A DNA stretch of 40,000 nucleotides from an uncultured Actinomycetes bacterium. Lineage in GTDB: Bacteria; Actinomycetota; Actinomycetes; Streptosporangiales; Streptosporangiaceae. Both the position numbers and the translations under genes were made by a program. Of the stretch, positions 8,313-17,709 are shown in pieces. The notes below the pieces were generated by a model that saw only the letters and a program-made list of their open reading frames with translations, searched no databases and was not told the origin of the DNA. Each line of letters opens with the position of its first letter. The first letter of the stretch is position 1. The stretch spans positions 315,296 through 355,295 of the forward strand of contig CAVQFM010000014.1 in the NCBI GenBank assembly GCA_963711705.1, read 5' to 3'.

Positions 8313-9747
8313 TTACAAGGGAACTGGAATAGATCGTCCAGATAACTGCGGGGTGCTGGAGGTGGCTTTCGGGCCGGGCTGGGACAGGTAAGCACCGATC
8401 TCGTCCGGCCGCGGCGGCCACCGGGGTGCCGTCCGTGCTCACCACGGCCAGGCCGATGTTCGAGTTGAGGGCCAGCGAGCTGACCATGTACGGGAGGATC
8501 ACCAGGCCCGTGGTCTCCCGGCCGAACAGCCCGCGGCGCAGCAGGGCGTCCCGCAGCCCGGCGTAGCTGGTGATGCCCGGGTGTACCGGGACGCTGTGCA
8601 GGGCCACCGCCGAAACCGATTTCTGGTATCCCTGGCCGAAAAGGCTGATGCACATTTCGGCCAGCGAAGCACCCAGGCTGCGCCGCGGGTTGATTTCCAG
8701 CGGGAAGATAGCCCCGTCTGACGCCCGGTACAGGAAATCGATATTCAGCGGGCCCCGGTAACCGATGGACCCGGCGACCTGGCCGATAGCCTCGCCGGCC
8801 GACTGCACCTGGGCCGCGCAGTCGTCAGGCATGGCGCCTAGGCCGAGGTAGGAGCCCATGTAATATTTGCCGGCCTGCAGAATATGGCGCCCAGCGCACA
8901 GCGAGTACGTCGTGCCGTCGTCCTGGACCATGCCGTTGTAGGAAACCGAGAGGGCCTCGTCCCCGGTGCCCAGGAACTCCTCGATAAGCAGATCGCCGTC
9001 GTAGCCGACCGGGACGATCCGGCTGAGTTTCCTGCGGAGCAGCCACCGGCTGGTGACGATCCCCATGGCCTGGCCGCCCGCGCCGAAATCGGTCTTGACG
9101 ATGACCGGGCCGAGTGCCTTCAGTGCGTGCCGCACGTGCTTGCGCAGGTCAGGTCCGCCACCGACGGTCAGAGCCCGGGTGAGCCGCAGCGCTGCGCACC
9201 GTGGCCGGGCCGCCTCGAAATACTCTCGGGCCAGCACCTTGGAATCGAGGCGCCGGGAGGACTCCAGGTAACTGTCCGGGGTCATGCGGTCGATGACCGG
9301 GCGCCTGGAGTTCTTGCCGATGATAGTGACCAGGTGGCTGTACTGGGGAGTGGAGCCAAAGGCCTCGACCGTCACCGGCCCATCGGCTGGGCTGTTATCC
9401 AGCAGTTCGATCACATCGGAGAGCGCGCGTTCGTCAGCGGCCAGATCCGCGCAGATGGAATGGCCCGGCTGCCCGCTGGCCACGGTGCGGAATATCAGGT
9501 TTTCATAGCCCAGGATGGCGCTGATGTCGGCGATATGCGTGTCATCCATCGGATGCCTGGTCACCACAATCTTGCGGTCACCCGACCAGTACAGGGCCAT
9601 CTCTTCTTCTGGGAAGCGCTGGCTGCCCGGGAGCGCCGAGAATTGCGGCAGCGGCTGCCGTTCCGGCTGCTGCGCCCACTCGAGAATGTTGCTGAGGATA
9701 AGCCGGTCGAATCGTGGCTTAACTGGAGCATTCGGCCCAGGATGCAT
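8313..9747 (-). CDS. ATP-grasp enzyme, PGM1-like (pre-ATP-grasp + ATP-grasp peptide-ligase-type); 3' end uncertain
   Basis: 'PVIVKTDFGAGGQAMGIV', 'LLIEEFL', 'GPLNIDFLYRASDGAIFPLEINPRR' fit an ATP-grasp fold with a long N-terminal pre-domain. The raw ORF runs to 8086, 218 nt into the TetR gene, with poor codon usage after about 8410. An alternative frame ends at TAA 8313-8315, so a frame break near 8395-8420 is suspected. Confidence 0.7.
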
Positions 9748-9753
9748 CCGAGC

Positions 9754-9782
9754 ATGGTAGGGACGTGACTAACCCTTTGCAA
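9754..9782 (-). promoter_or_regulatory. Putative sigma-70-type promoter giving a leaderless ATP-grasp mRNA
   Basis: The minus strand reads TTGCAA (9782-9777), 17 nt, TACCAT (9759-9754), 6 nt, ATG (9747). The region is an AT-rich island carrying three 'ctttgc' repeats. This is pattern-based only. Confidence 0.3.
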
Positions 9783-9857
9783 CCGCTTTGCTTATATTTG
9801 GGCCCTTTGCCGCCGGCTGGCCCGGGAGCCGGGCGTCCTGAGTGACTAGGACACACC

Positions 9858-11021
9858 CTAAATCTGCGGCTGCGGCAGGGCGGCGCCTGAGCGGGGGAAG
9901 ATGTCCGCAGGCTCGAGGCGCATCAGATCATCGCGGCTCCACTGGCGGTCCATGTCGGAGGCCAGGCGGTGCGCGTGGCGGAGCCGGGCGTGCTCCAGTT
10001 CGTTGCGCACGCTGCGGGCGTTGGCGAATTCCGGCTCCCGCATTCGGCCGGCCAGGTAATCGCGGAAGGTGGCCTCCGCGTCCGCGGAGAGATAGTACGA
10101 GGCCTGCTCCAGCATTACCTGGCCGATGTTCACCAGTTCGGTCAGCTCGTAGGCGGCAAAGTCGAGATGGTGCGCGATCCGGGAACTCATCCCGGGATTC
10201 GAGGCGAAGAATTCATCCATCCGGTCCTTGTAGCCAGCCAGGATCACCACGAGCTTGTCGCGGTCGTTCTCCATGACCTGGAGCAGGATGTCGATGGCTT
10301 CCTGGCCGTAGTCCCGCGAGTCAGCGTCCCGGTACAGGTAGTAGGCCTCGTCGATGAACAGCACGCCGCCCATGGACCGGTCCAGCACCCGTTTCGTCCG
10401 CGGCGCGGTCTGCCCGATGAACTCGCCGACCAGGTCGTCGCGCATCGCGTGGACCAGATGCCCCTGGTCCAGGTAACCCAGCCGGTGCAGCAGTTCGGCC
10501 ATGCGCAGCGCCACCGTGGTCTTGCCGGTCCCCGGCGGGCCGGTGAAGCACATGTGCAGGTTAGGCCGGGGGGCCTCGAGGCCGAACCGGCGCCGCGCCT
10601 GGTCCACCAGCAGCAGTGCGCCGATCTCCTGCACCTTGCGTTTCACCGGGACGAGGCCGACCAGGTCGCGGTCCAGGCTGGTGAAGACATCGTTGACATT
10701 GGCCGCCGCGCGCTCGGCGGCAAACGTCACCGTGGCGTCCGGCGGCAGCAGGCCGTCGGGCGGCTGGGCTGGCCCGGCGCCGCGCTGGGCGGGCGCGCTG
10801 GGAACGGCCGCCCGCCGGGACCCGGCCGGCCGCCCCGACCCGGCCGGCCGCCCCGACCCGGCCGCCGGCCTCGGTGGCTCGTCCGCGGCCTGTATGGCCG
10901 CGGCCGCGGCTTCCGTCTCCGGTCTGGGCCGGAGGCTGCGCAGCGCCAATGTCATCAGAACGGCGAGGAGCGACACGGCCACCCCACCGACGAGCAGCGC
11001 GGAGGCGGTCAGCGAGTGCAT
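9858..11021 (-). CDS. Membrane-anchored AAA+ ATPase of the CbbX/SpoVK/EccA-C-terminal type
   Basis: An N-terminal TM helix is present (LTASALLVGGVAVSLLAVLMTLAL), followed by a Pro/Gly repeat (GSGRPAGSGRPAGS). Walker A is 'FTGPPGTGKTTVA' and Walker B is 'GVLFIDEAY'. 'LVVILAGYKDRMDEFFASNPGMSSRIAHHLDF' is typical of the CbbX/SpoVK subfamily. Confidence 0.85.
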   Translation of the reverse strand: MHSLTASALLVGGVAVSLLAVLMTLALRSLRPRPETEAAAAAIQAADEPPRPAAGSGRPAGSGRPAGSRRAAVPSAPAQRGAGPAQPPDGLLPPDATVTFAAERAAANVNDVFTSLDRDLVGLVPVKRKVQEIGALLLVDQARRRFGLEAPRPNLHMCFTGPPGTGKTTVALRMAELLHRLGYLDQGHLVHAMRDDLVGEFIGQTAPRTKRVLDRSMGGVLFIDEAYYLYRDADSRDYGQEAIDILLQVMENDRDKLVVILAGYKDRMDEFFASNPGMSSRIAHHLDFAAYELTELVNIGQVMLEQASYYLSADAEATFRDYLAGRMREPEFANARSVRNELEHARLRHAHRLASDMDRQWSRDDLMRLEPADIFPRSGAALPQPQI

Positions 11022-11179
11022 GAGCCGTTACCAGGCGGGATGCCTGATACCCCCTAACTCCACCCTGGTCGCACCGGCGTAGCTGGCGGCCAGTTCCAGT
11101 TCATGCTCACGGTATCAACCGCAGGCCGGAGTGGGCAGGGGGCACATCGGCGGCCGGGCGGCTCCCGTACGCTGAGACC

Positions 11180-11692
11180 GTGATGCAGACCTGGGAGGCG
11201 ATCACCTCCCGGCGTAATGTGCGCTCGTTTGCCGACCGCCCGATTCCCGCCGCCGACCTGGACCAGATCCTTGAGGCCGGGCGCCGGTCGCCGTCCTCAC
11301 AGAACTGGCAGCCGTGGGACTTCATCCTGGTCACGGACCGGGCCAAGCTGCGTGATCTGGCCCAGGTATGGCGGGCCGCCGGCCACGTGGCTGGCTCGGC
11401 GGCGACCATCGTGGTCATCGGCCCGGCCGCCGACAACGAGTTCCACCGGGCTCACTTCGATCTCGGCCAGGCCACGATGGCGATGATGCTGGCCGCGGCC
11501 GATCTTGGCATCGGCAGCAGCCATGCCGGTGTCGCTGACCTGCGGCTCGCCCGGGACCTGCTGGGCTTTCCCGAGGACCGGGACTGGGCCCTGCTGATCT
11601 CCCTGGGGTATCCGGCGGACCGGCCGCTGGCGCCGGTCAGGCACCCGGACCGGCGGCCGTTCGGCGAGGTCGTGCACCGCAGCCACTGGTAG
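11180..11692 (+). CDS. Nitroreductase-family protein
   Basis: 'ITSRRNVRSFADRPIPAADLDQILEAGRRSPSSQNWQPWDFILV' is the classical nitroreductase N-terminal signature. Confidence 0.85.
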   Translation: MMQTWEAITSRRNVRSFADRPIPAADLDQILEAGRRSPSSQNWQPWDFILVTDRAKLRDLAQVWRAAGHVAGSAATIVVIGPAADNEFHRAHFDLGQATMAMMLAAADLGIGSSHAGVADLRLARDLLGFPEDRDWALLISLGYPADRPLAPVRHPDRRPFGEVVHRSHW

Positions 11693-11763
11693 GTCCCGCC
11701 ACCCGGCAGGCCCGGGGGAGAACGCGCTGGCCGGCTCGCGCCGGCCGGGGAAGGTGAAGGAGC

Positions 11764-12789
11764 ATGGCCGCATCCCACCCGGCGGGCGGGCCGGTGGCGG
11801 TCTTTTCGCTGGGCGGCACCATCGCCATGACCGGCCCACCGGGTGAGCGGGGCGGGGTGGTCCCCACCCTGACCGGCCAGCAACTGCTCGCCGCGGTACC
11901 CGGCCTCGATGGCGCCGCGGCCGGCGTGACGGTGCATGACTTCCGCCGGGTGCCTGGGGCGTCGCTGACCATGGCCGACCTGACCGACCTGGCCGCGGCG
12001 ATCAGTGCGCAGGTCGCGGCGGGCGTGGCCGGCGTCGTGATCATCCAGGGCACGGACACCATCGAGGAGTCCGCGTTCGCGCTCGACCTGCTGTGCCCGG
12101 GCGAGGTGCCGGTCGTCGTCACCGGGGCCATGCGCAGCCCGGCACTGCCCGGCGCGGACGGGGCGGCCAACATCCTCGCCGCCATCCAGGCAGCAGGCAG
12201 CCCGCTGCTGCGCGGGCTGGGCTGCACCGTGGTGTTCGCCGATGAGATCCACGCCGCCTGTTACGTGCGCAAGACGCATACCACCAGCATCACCGCGTTC
12301 AGCTCACCGTCCGCCGGGCCGATCGGCCAGGTCGTCGAGGGTGAGGTGCGGCTGCTGACCCGCCCGGCGTACCGGTACCGGCTGCCCGTCGCCGGGGGCC
12401 CGCACGCCGCAGCGCGGACTGGGCTGGTGATGATCACCCTGGGGGATGACGGGGAACTGCTGCGCGCCGCGGCTGGGCGGTTCGACGGGCTGGTCGTCGC
12501 GGCGCTGGGTGCGGGCCACGTGCCCGCCAGCATCGTCCCGGTGCTGGCCGGCCTGGCCGGGCAGATTCCCGTGGTACTGGCCTCGCGCACCGGCGCCGGG
12601 CCGGTGCTGTCCGCCACCTACGGCTATCCCGGCTCCGAGACCGACCTGCTCGGCCGGGGCCTGATCAGCGCCGGGTTCCTCGACCCGGTCAAGGCCCGGA
12701 TCCTGCTGCACCTGCTGCTGGCCGCCGGGGCCGGCCGGGATCAGATTGCCACGGCGTTCGCGCCGGTCAGTGCCCCCGTGCGGCCGTGA
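11764..12789 (+). CDS. L-asparaginase (type I/II family)
   Basis: '[12 protein letters not shown]' contains the catalytic Thr motif. '[16 protein letters not shown]' (the HGTDT-like motif) and 'VVVTGAMR' are also present. Confidence 0.85.
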   Translation: MAASHPAGGPVAVFSLGGTIAMTGPPGERGGVVPTLTGQQLLAAVPGLDGAAAGVTVHDFRRVPGASLTMADLTDLAAAISAQVAAGVAGVVIIQGTDTIEESAFALDLLCPGEVPVVVTGAMRSPALPGADGAANILAAIQAAGSPLLRGLGCTVVFADEIHAACYVRKTHTTSITAFSSPSAGPIGQVVEGEVRLLTRPAYRYRLPVAGGPHAAARTGLVMITLGDDGELLRAAAGRFDGLVVAALGAGHVPASIVPVLAGLAGQIPVVLASRTGAGPVLSATYGYPGSETDLLGRGLISAGFLDPVKARILLHLLLAAGAGRDQIATAFAPVSAPVRP

Positions 12790-12805
12790 CCCGGAACTGG
12801 GGCAG

Positions 12806-12869
12806 GCACCACGCACCGTGCGTTAAGTAAATAGGTGTGTCCCTATCTTTAACGCACGGTGCGTGGTGC
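12806..12869. terminator. Long perfect hairpin between convergent genes (bidirectional terminator candidate)
   Basis: 12806-12826 (gcaccacgcaccgtgcgttaa) is the exact reverse complement of 12849-12869. The 22-nt AT-rich loop contains a further atagg/cctat pairing. Confidence 0.6.
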
Positions 12870-12897
12870 GGCCCAGCCGGTCACCGGAGCCGTGGTG

Positions 12898-13425
12898 CTA
12901 GCTGTGCTGCGCGGCGAGCGCGCGGGCCGGCAGCCGGGAGGCCCGGACGCCGAGGGCGGCGGTGCGGACCAGCACCATCGCGATGGCCATGAAGATCAGC
13001 CCGTCCACGATGGCCGCCTCGGTGACCTGGTTGGCGACGGCCCAGCTGACCACCGGGGTGGTGAACCAGTGGGCGGAACCGTAGGAGAAGGCGGCCCGGG
13101 CGCCGATCACGGCGATCCACAAGATCGCGTACGGCGGGCCGGCCTGGCTGACCGGCTTGCCGGTCTTCGGGCTGCGGTAGACCCTCATCAGGGCGGCGGC
13201 GGCCAGGCCGCCGAGCAGGCCCGCGACGACGCCGGCCAGTTCCACCACCAGGCTCGTGCCGTGGGTGGCCGGCCGCTGGATGAACACCGGGACGACCGCG
13301 ACCAGGATCAGCGGGCGCAGGATCCGCATGCGGCCGATCTTGCGCTCGGGGCCCAGGTCGGTGGCGAGCACGGTGGCGAGCACCGCGCCGTTGATGATCA
13401 TCGCTTCGGTGAGCTGGGAGAGCAT
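12898..13425 (-). CDS. Small integral membrane protein (about 4 TM), divergent from the sensor kinase
   Basis: This is the C-terminal 175 aa of the 648-aa ORF. ATG 13425 is preceded by AGGAGC. 'MLSQLTEAMIINGAVLATVLATDLGPERKIG..RILRPLILVAVVPVF...' is hydrophobic and helix-rich. The rest of the long ORF is antisense to the kinase. Confidence 0.7.
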   Translation of the reverse strand: MLSQLTEAMIINGAVLATVLATDLGPERKIGRMRILRPLILVAVVPVFIQRPATHGTSLVVELAGVVAGLLGGLAAAALMRVYRSPKTGKPVSQAGPPYAILWIAVIGARAAFSYGSAHWFTTPVVSWAVANQVTEAAIVDGLIFMAIAMVLVRTAALGVRASRLPARALAAQHS

Positions 13426-13713
13426 GGTGAGCTCCTGGTGAGTCGTTGCTTGCTGACGGATCCACTTTCGCCGGGCCCGGCCGATTGCGAATCGGAGCGC
13501 GGGCCGGCCTTCGGCATGAGCTGACCGGGGCGGTTCTGGTACCGCGAGGTACCAGGCGGGAGCGGGTGTTTCGGCCCGTGGGCTGACGCGGTGGTGCCAC
13601 GGCGGCCGGTAGCGTCGCGGTGGCCAGGACCGATGGCGGGCCTGGCGGGGCGGAGGGAGCGAGCCGTGAGCTGGACCGGCGCTGGCCTGGGCGGGGCGGG
13701 CGATACTGGGGAC

Positions 13714-14980
13714 ATGCTGCGCACGGTCAACTGGGTGGCCCGCGCCCTCGGCTTCGCCTGGCTCGGCGTGCTGGCCTTCCTGATCAGCCCGCCGCACGGG
13801 CCGTCCGCCGTCCCGGTGCAGATCGCCGGGTATGCCCTGCTCGGCCTGGGCCTGCTGGCCTGGGCGCTGATCGACCTGCACCCCGCCGCGCAGCGCCAGC
13901 ACACCCGGTGGCTGGCGATCATTCTCGGCGTGATCGCGGTCGCCACCGGGTTCGCGTCCGCCGCCGGGAGCGGCGGCGGCGCGCTGATCGTTTTCACGTT
14001 CGTCGCGGCCCTGACCGCCGGCGGGGAAACCACCCTGGCGGTGGGCGTGGCCGTGACCGGAGCGGGCGTCTTGGCCTTTGACGTCAGCGGGCTGGCTTAC
14101 GGCGCCAGCTACCTGGTGCTGCTCGGGGTGCCGGCCGTCCTGGTGGCCGGCCTGGTCATCGGGCGCAACCGGGGCGCCTACCGGATCCAGGCCGAGCAGT
14201 CGGCGATGCTGCTGGCCCAGCGGGAGCAGCTGGAGGCCGAGCAGCGCCGGGCCGATCTGCTCGACGAGCGGGCCCGGATCGCCCGGGAGATCCACGACGT
14301 GCTGGCGCACTCGCTCGGGGCGCTCGGCATCCAGATCCAGGCGGCCCGCGCCGTGCTCACCGACCACCACGACATCGGCAAGGCGAGCGAGATGCTGGCC
14401 GCGGCCCAGAAGATGGCGGGTGAGGGCCTGGTGGAGACGCGGCGGGCGGTTCACGCGCTGCGCGCTGACACGCTGCCGCTGGCGGAGGAACTGGCCCGGG
14501 TCAGTGACACGTATGCGGAGCGTTACCACGTGCCAGCCAGCTTCCAGACCGATGGGATTCCCGGGCCGCTGCCGCCGGAGGCCACCGTGGCGCTGCTGCG
14601 CGTGGCCCAGGAGTCCCTGGTCAACGCGGCTAAGCACGCTGCCGGGCAGCGGGTCGCGGTGCGGCTCGACTACGGGGACGCTGACGTGCGGCTGACCGTC
14701 CGCAATGACCTGGCTCCTGGTGACGGCGGGAGCGGCCCGGGCGGTGCCGGTTGACGGCGGCGGCCTGGCTGGTGCGGGTGACGGCAGCGCCGGCCTGGCT
14801 GGTGCGGGTGAGACCGCGAGCGCGGCGGGAGTGAGCACGGTCAACGGTGGTTATGGGCTGACTGGCATGCGGGAGCGGCTGCGGCTGCTGAACGGGACGC
14901 TTGAGGCCGGCCGCCGGGATGATCAGTGGGTGGTGACGGCCGAGCTGCCGCGGCCGGGGGTGCGGAGCGTGGCGTCATGA
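13714..14980 (+). pseudogene. NarL-class (HisKA_3) sensor histidine kinase, frame broken in the ATPase-domain loop
   Basis: TM helices are followed by the H-box 'RARIAREIHDVLAHSLGAL'. The HATPase N-box 'ESLVNAAKHA' lies in frame 1, which stops at 14752-14754. The G-box end 'NGGYGLTGMRERLRLLNGTLEA' lies in frame 2. The break falls within about 14700-14752. A 20-bp direct repeat lies at 14762-14781 and 14792-14811. Confidence 0.85.
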
Positions 14981-15739
14981 GCGTGGGAGGTTCGGCGGGC
15001 CCGGGTGCTGCCGGTGCTGGCGGTGGCGCGGGTGCTGCCGGTGGGGCGGGGAGTGCGGCGCTGCGCGTGGTTGTCGCTGATGACCAGGCCAGCGTGCGCG
15101 AGGGCCTGGTCCTGCTGCTCGGCGGGCTGCCCGACATCGACGTGGTGGGGGCGGCCGCCGACGGCGAGCAGGCGCTGCAGCTGGTGGCGGAGCACAAGCC
15201 GGACGCGATCCTGCTCGATCTGCGGATGCCGGTGCTGGACGGGATCGGCGTCATCCGCCGGCTGACGGTGGAGCATCCCGGTGTCGCCATTGTCGTGCTG
15301 ACCACGTACGCCGACGACAGCTCGGTGCTGGACGCGCTGCGGGCGGGGCGCACAGCTACCTGACCAAGGATGCCGACCGGACGGACATCGCCCGGGCGCT
15401 GCACGCGGCCGCGGGCGGGCTGGCGGTCCTGGACCCGCGGGTGCAGGCCACGCTGCTGGCCGCCACGGCGGACGCGCGGCAGGCCGATCCGGCTGGGGCG
15501 GGGCGGGCGGCGGGGCCGCGGGTGGGCCGGGCGGCGCGGCGCCGCCGGATGGCCTGACGCAGCGGGAGGTCGAGATCCTCGGCCTGATCGCCCAGGGACT
15601 GACCAACCCGGAGATCGCCGCGCGGCTGTTCCTGAGCAATCACACGATCAAGACCCACATCAACCGGATCTTCGCCAAGACCGGGTCACGGGACCGGGCA
15701 GCGGCCATCGGCTACGCGCACCGCCATCACATCGGCTGA
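14977..15739 (+). pseudogene. NarL/LuxR-family response regulator, two frame breaks
   Basis: An ATGA overlap joins it to the kinase stop (14977-14980). The receiver 'LRVVVADDQASVREGL...ILLDLRMPVLDG' lies in frame 1 and stops at 15361-15363. 'YLTKDADRTDIARALHAAAGGLAVLDPRV' lies in frame 3. The LuxR HTH 'LTQREVEILGLIAQGLTNPEIAARLFLSNHTIKTHINRIFAKTG' lies in frame 2 and ends at 15739. Confidence 0.85.
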
Positions 15740-15882
15740 CGGGCGGAGTCCGGGCTGACGGGCGGAGTCGGGCTGGCGGGCGTGGCCTGGGTCGGCGGGC
15801 GTGCATCTGCAGGGGCTGAGCGGCTCGAAGGGTTGAGCGGCCTCGCGCCGGTACGGGCTCGACCAGCAGGCGGTACCCGATC

Positions 15883-16224
15883 TCACCCGTCATCTGGCCC
15901 GGCTGTGCTGCCGTCATCCGCGCTGGCCAGCAGGTCCAGGAACGGGCCGATCCGCAGTCCTTCCTGGGCGGAGTGCCGGAACAGGCTGTCCGGATTCACC
16001 GTGTAGCGGGTGCGCCGTCCGATCCGGGTGCGGGTGAGGTAACCAGCGGCCTCCAGGTCAGCCACGATGGCCTGGGCGGTGCGTTCGGTGATGCCCGCGG
16101 CGGAGCTGATGTCCCGGATCCGGGCTTCCGGGTTGCGGGCGATCTCCACGAGCACGTGCCCGTGCCCGGTCAGCAGCGTCCAGCTGCCGCCGTGCCCGTC
16201 GGGAAAACTCATACCACCGATCAT
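15883..16224 (-). CDS. Winged-helix (MarR/ArsR-like) transcriptional regulator
   Basis: 'VLVEIARNPEARIRDISSAAGITERTAQAIVADLEAAGYLTRTRIGRRTRYTV' is a typical wHTH. The start is either ATG 16224 or 16212. Confidence 0.7.
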   Translation of the reverse strand: MIGGMSFPDGHGGSWTLLTGHGHVLVEIARNPEARIRDISSAAGITERTAQAIVADLEAAGYLTRTRIGRRTRYTVNPDSLFRHSAQEGLRIGPFLDLLASADDGSTAGPDDG

Positions 16225-16243
16225 AACCTCGCGAGAGGATCTT

Positions 16244-16275
16244 CACGAGGAAAAACACGCGTGATTTTTCTCGTG
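16244..16275. promoter_or_regulatory. AT-rich imperfect palindrome (candidate operator) in the wHTH/STAS divergent region
   Basis: 'cacgaggaaaaaCACGCGTGatttttctcgtg' has arms matching except for one missing c, and its centre cacgcgtg is self-complementary. A TTGACA follows at 16282-16287. Confidence 0.4.
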
Positions 16276-16497
16276 CTTCTATTGACAGGCTTCCGTCCGG
16301 AGCGGATCCTGATGGTGCCTTCGTTGGGGTCACAGCTGCGGATAAGGGGGGTGGCGGTGATGGGCGGCACTCGTGGCCGGGAGTCCGTTCTGTGGCTCCG
16401 GACAGCCTTCGGTGGGGCAGCCCGCTTTGGGTGGTGGCACCCCAGGGATCGCGGCGACGGAAGGACAGCAGCTCGCGCGGGGGGATCGGTGGTCCTG

Positions 16498-16845
16498 ATG
16501 GCTGTTCCAGGTCCGTATCTGGACGCCGACTGGCTGCGCGTCACCCCGCTGGCCGACCGGGTTGGGCTGCGGTTGAGCGGCGAAGCGGACTGGCACACGG
16601 TGGAGATCCTGCGGCAGGCCATCGCGGAGCTGCCGCCGGAGGCCGATGAGATTCACCTGCAGCTGGCCAGCCTGGAATTCATTGACGTGGCCGCCGCCCG
16701 CCAGCTGGTTGCCCTGGCCGAACGGCCAGCCCCGTCACGGGTCGTCTTGCATCAGCCGCCGTCCAGCCTGATGTGGCTGATCAGCCTGCTATGGCCGGAC
16801 TGCCTGGACCGCTTCTCCGTCTGCGCCGGGCGCGCAGCCCAGTAG
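16498..16845 (+). CDS. STAS-like (anti-sigma-factor-antagonist-like) small protein, tentative
   Basis: This is the last 115 aa of ORF 15973..16845. 'LRLSGEADWHTVEILRQAIAELPPEADEIHLQLASLEFIDVAAARQLVAL' resembles the STAS/SpoIIAA 'L.G.LD......L...L.......V.LDL..L.F.DS.G...L' pattern. An upstream start is possible. Confidence 0.5.
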   Translation: MAVPGPYLDADWLRVTPLADRVGLRLSGEADWHTVEILRQAIAELPPEADEIHLQLASLEFIDVAAARQLVALAERPAPSRVVLHQPPSSLMWLISLLWPDCLDRFSVCAGRAAQ

Positions 16846-17680
16846 CCGCCCGGGCCGGCCACCGGGCTGAGCGGGCTGGGTGACCTGGGTGACCTGGGGT
16901 GGGGGGAGGGTTCCAGCGGCAGCGACCGGAATGCGCGAGCGGGTCAGGCGGCCGGCGGCGTGCTGGAATGCGCGCCTCGTGACGCCGCGGGGCGGCGGGT
17001 CACCGGCCGGCTCCGGCCGGACACGGCGGCCGCATCATGAGCAGCGGGCTCGGGCCGACGACCACACCCCGCAGGAAGGGCACCGCATGAACCTCAGCGC
17101 CGAAGCCGGTCACGCACTAGGCCGGCCAGCGCCACCGGTGGTGGGCAGACCGTCCGATCCAGGCGCAGCAACTACGCCGCAGATGAAGCACTCAAGGACG
17201 TCCGGATACCCGGCCGCGCGGCATCGAGGCACCACGACGGCGCGGCCGCCGGGCCGCCGTCGACGGTGCTGATACTGACTACGCTACGAGATCGACGAGT
17301 TCGGCTATACCCCGGCCAGCACGCGGTGTCGCCGCGGCGTTCCCTGTTCAAGACAGCCGCAGCTGGTCAGCTGGTCGCGGCCAGCCGGACGATCACCGCT
17401 GGCCGCAGTCGCAGACCCCAGACGCCACGCAGCAGCCTGACCACGCCGGCTCGACGCGGCCCCGCAGTCCGGGCACCGTTCCTGAAGCGCCCACCCCGCC
17501 GTCCAGATACCGCAGTCTGCGCCAACCCGCGACGCACGACGTCGAGTACGTCCGGCACATCGCCGCAGGCCATCTCCAACAGGCCGACTTCGGCGACCAG
17601 TACAGCGACCTGCTCGGCGGCGACGCCGGGCACCAGGTCAAGATCCCACTGATGACTACATCCCCTGACAAGCCGGTCTT

Positions 17681-17709
17681 GCGGCCCGCCGCGCCCGGCG
17701 GCGGGCCGC
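17681..17709 (+). terminator. GC-rich stem-loop followed by CTTT (terminator-like)
   Basis: gcggcccgccg (17681-17691) pairs perfectly with cggcgggccgc (17699-17709) across a 7-nt loop. It lies at the end of a coding-like but start-less fragment. Confidence 0.3.

Noticed and set aside
13426-14844. N-terminal ~470 aa of the 648-aa minus-strand ORF
   Set aside because: It is antisense to the sensor kinase. Only the last 175 aa, from ATG 13425 with an AGGAGC RBS, look like a real (membrane) protein.
17040-17100. Tiny ORF (MNLSAEAGHAL) with an AGGAAGGG RBS-like sequence
   Set aside because: It is 11 codons long with no supporting context, so it is not distinguishable from chance.
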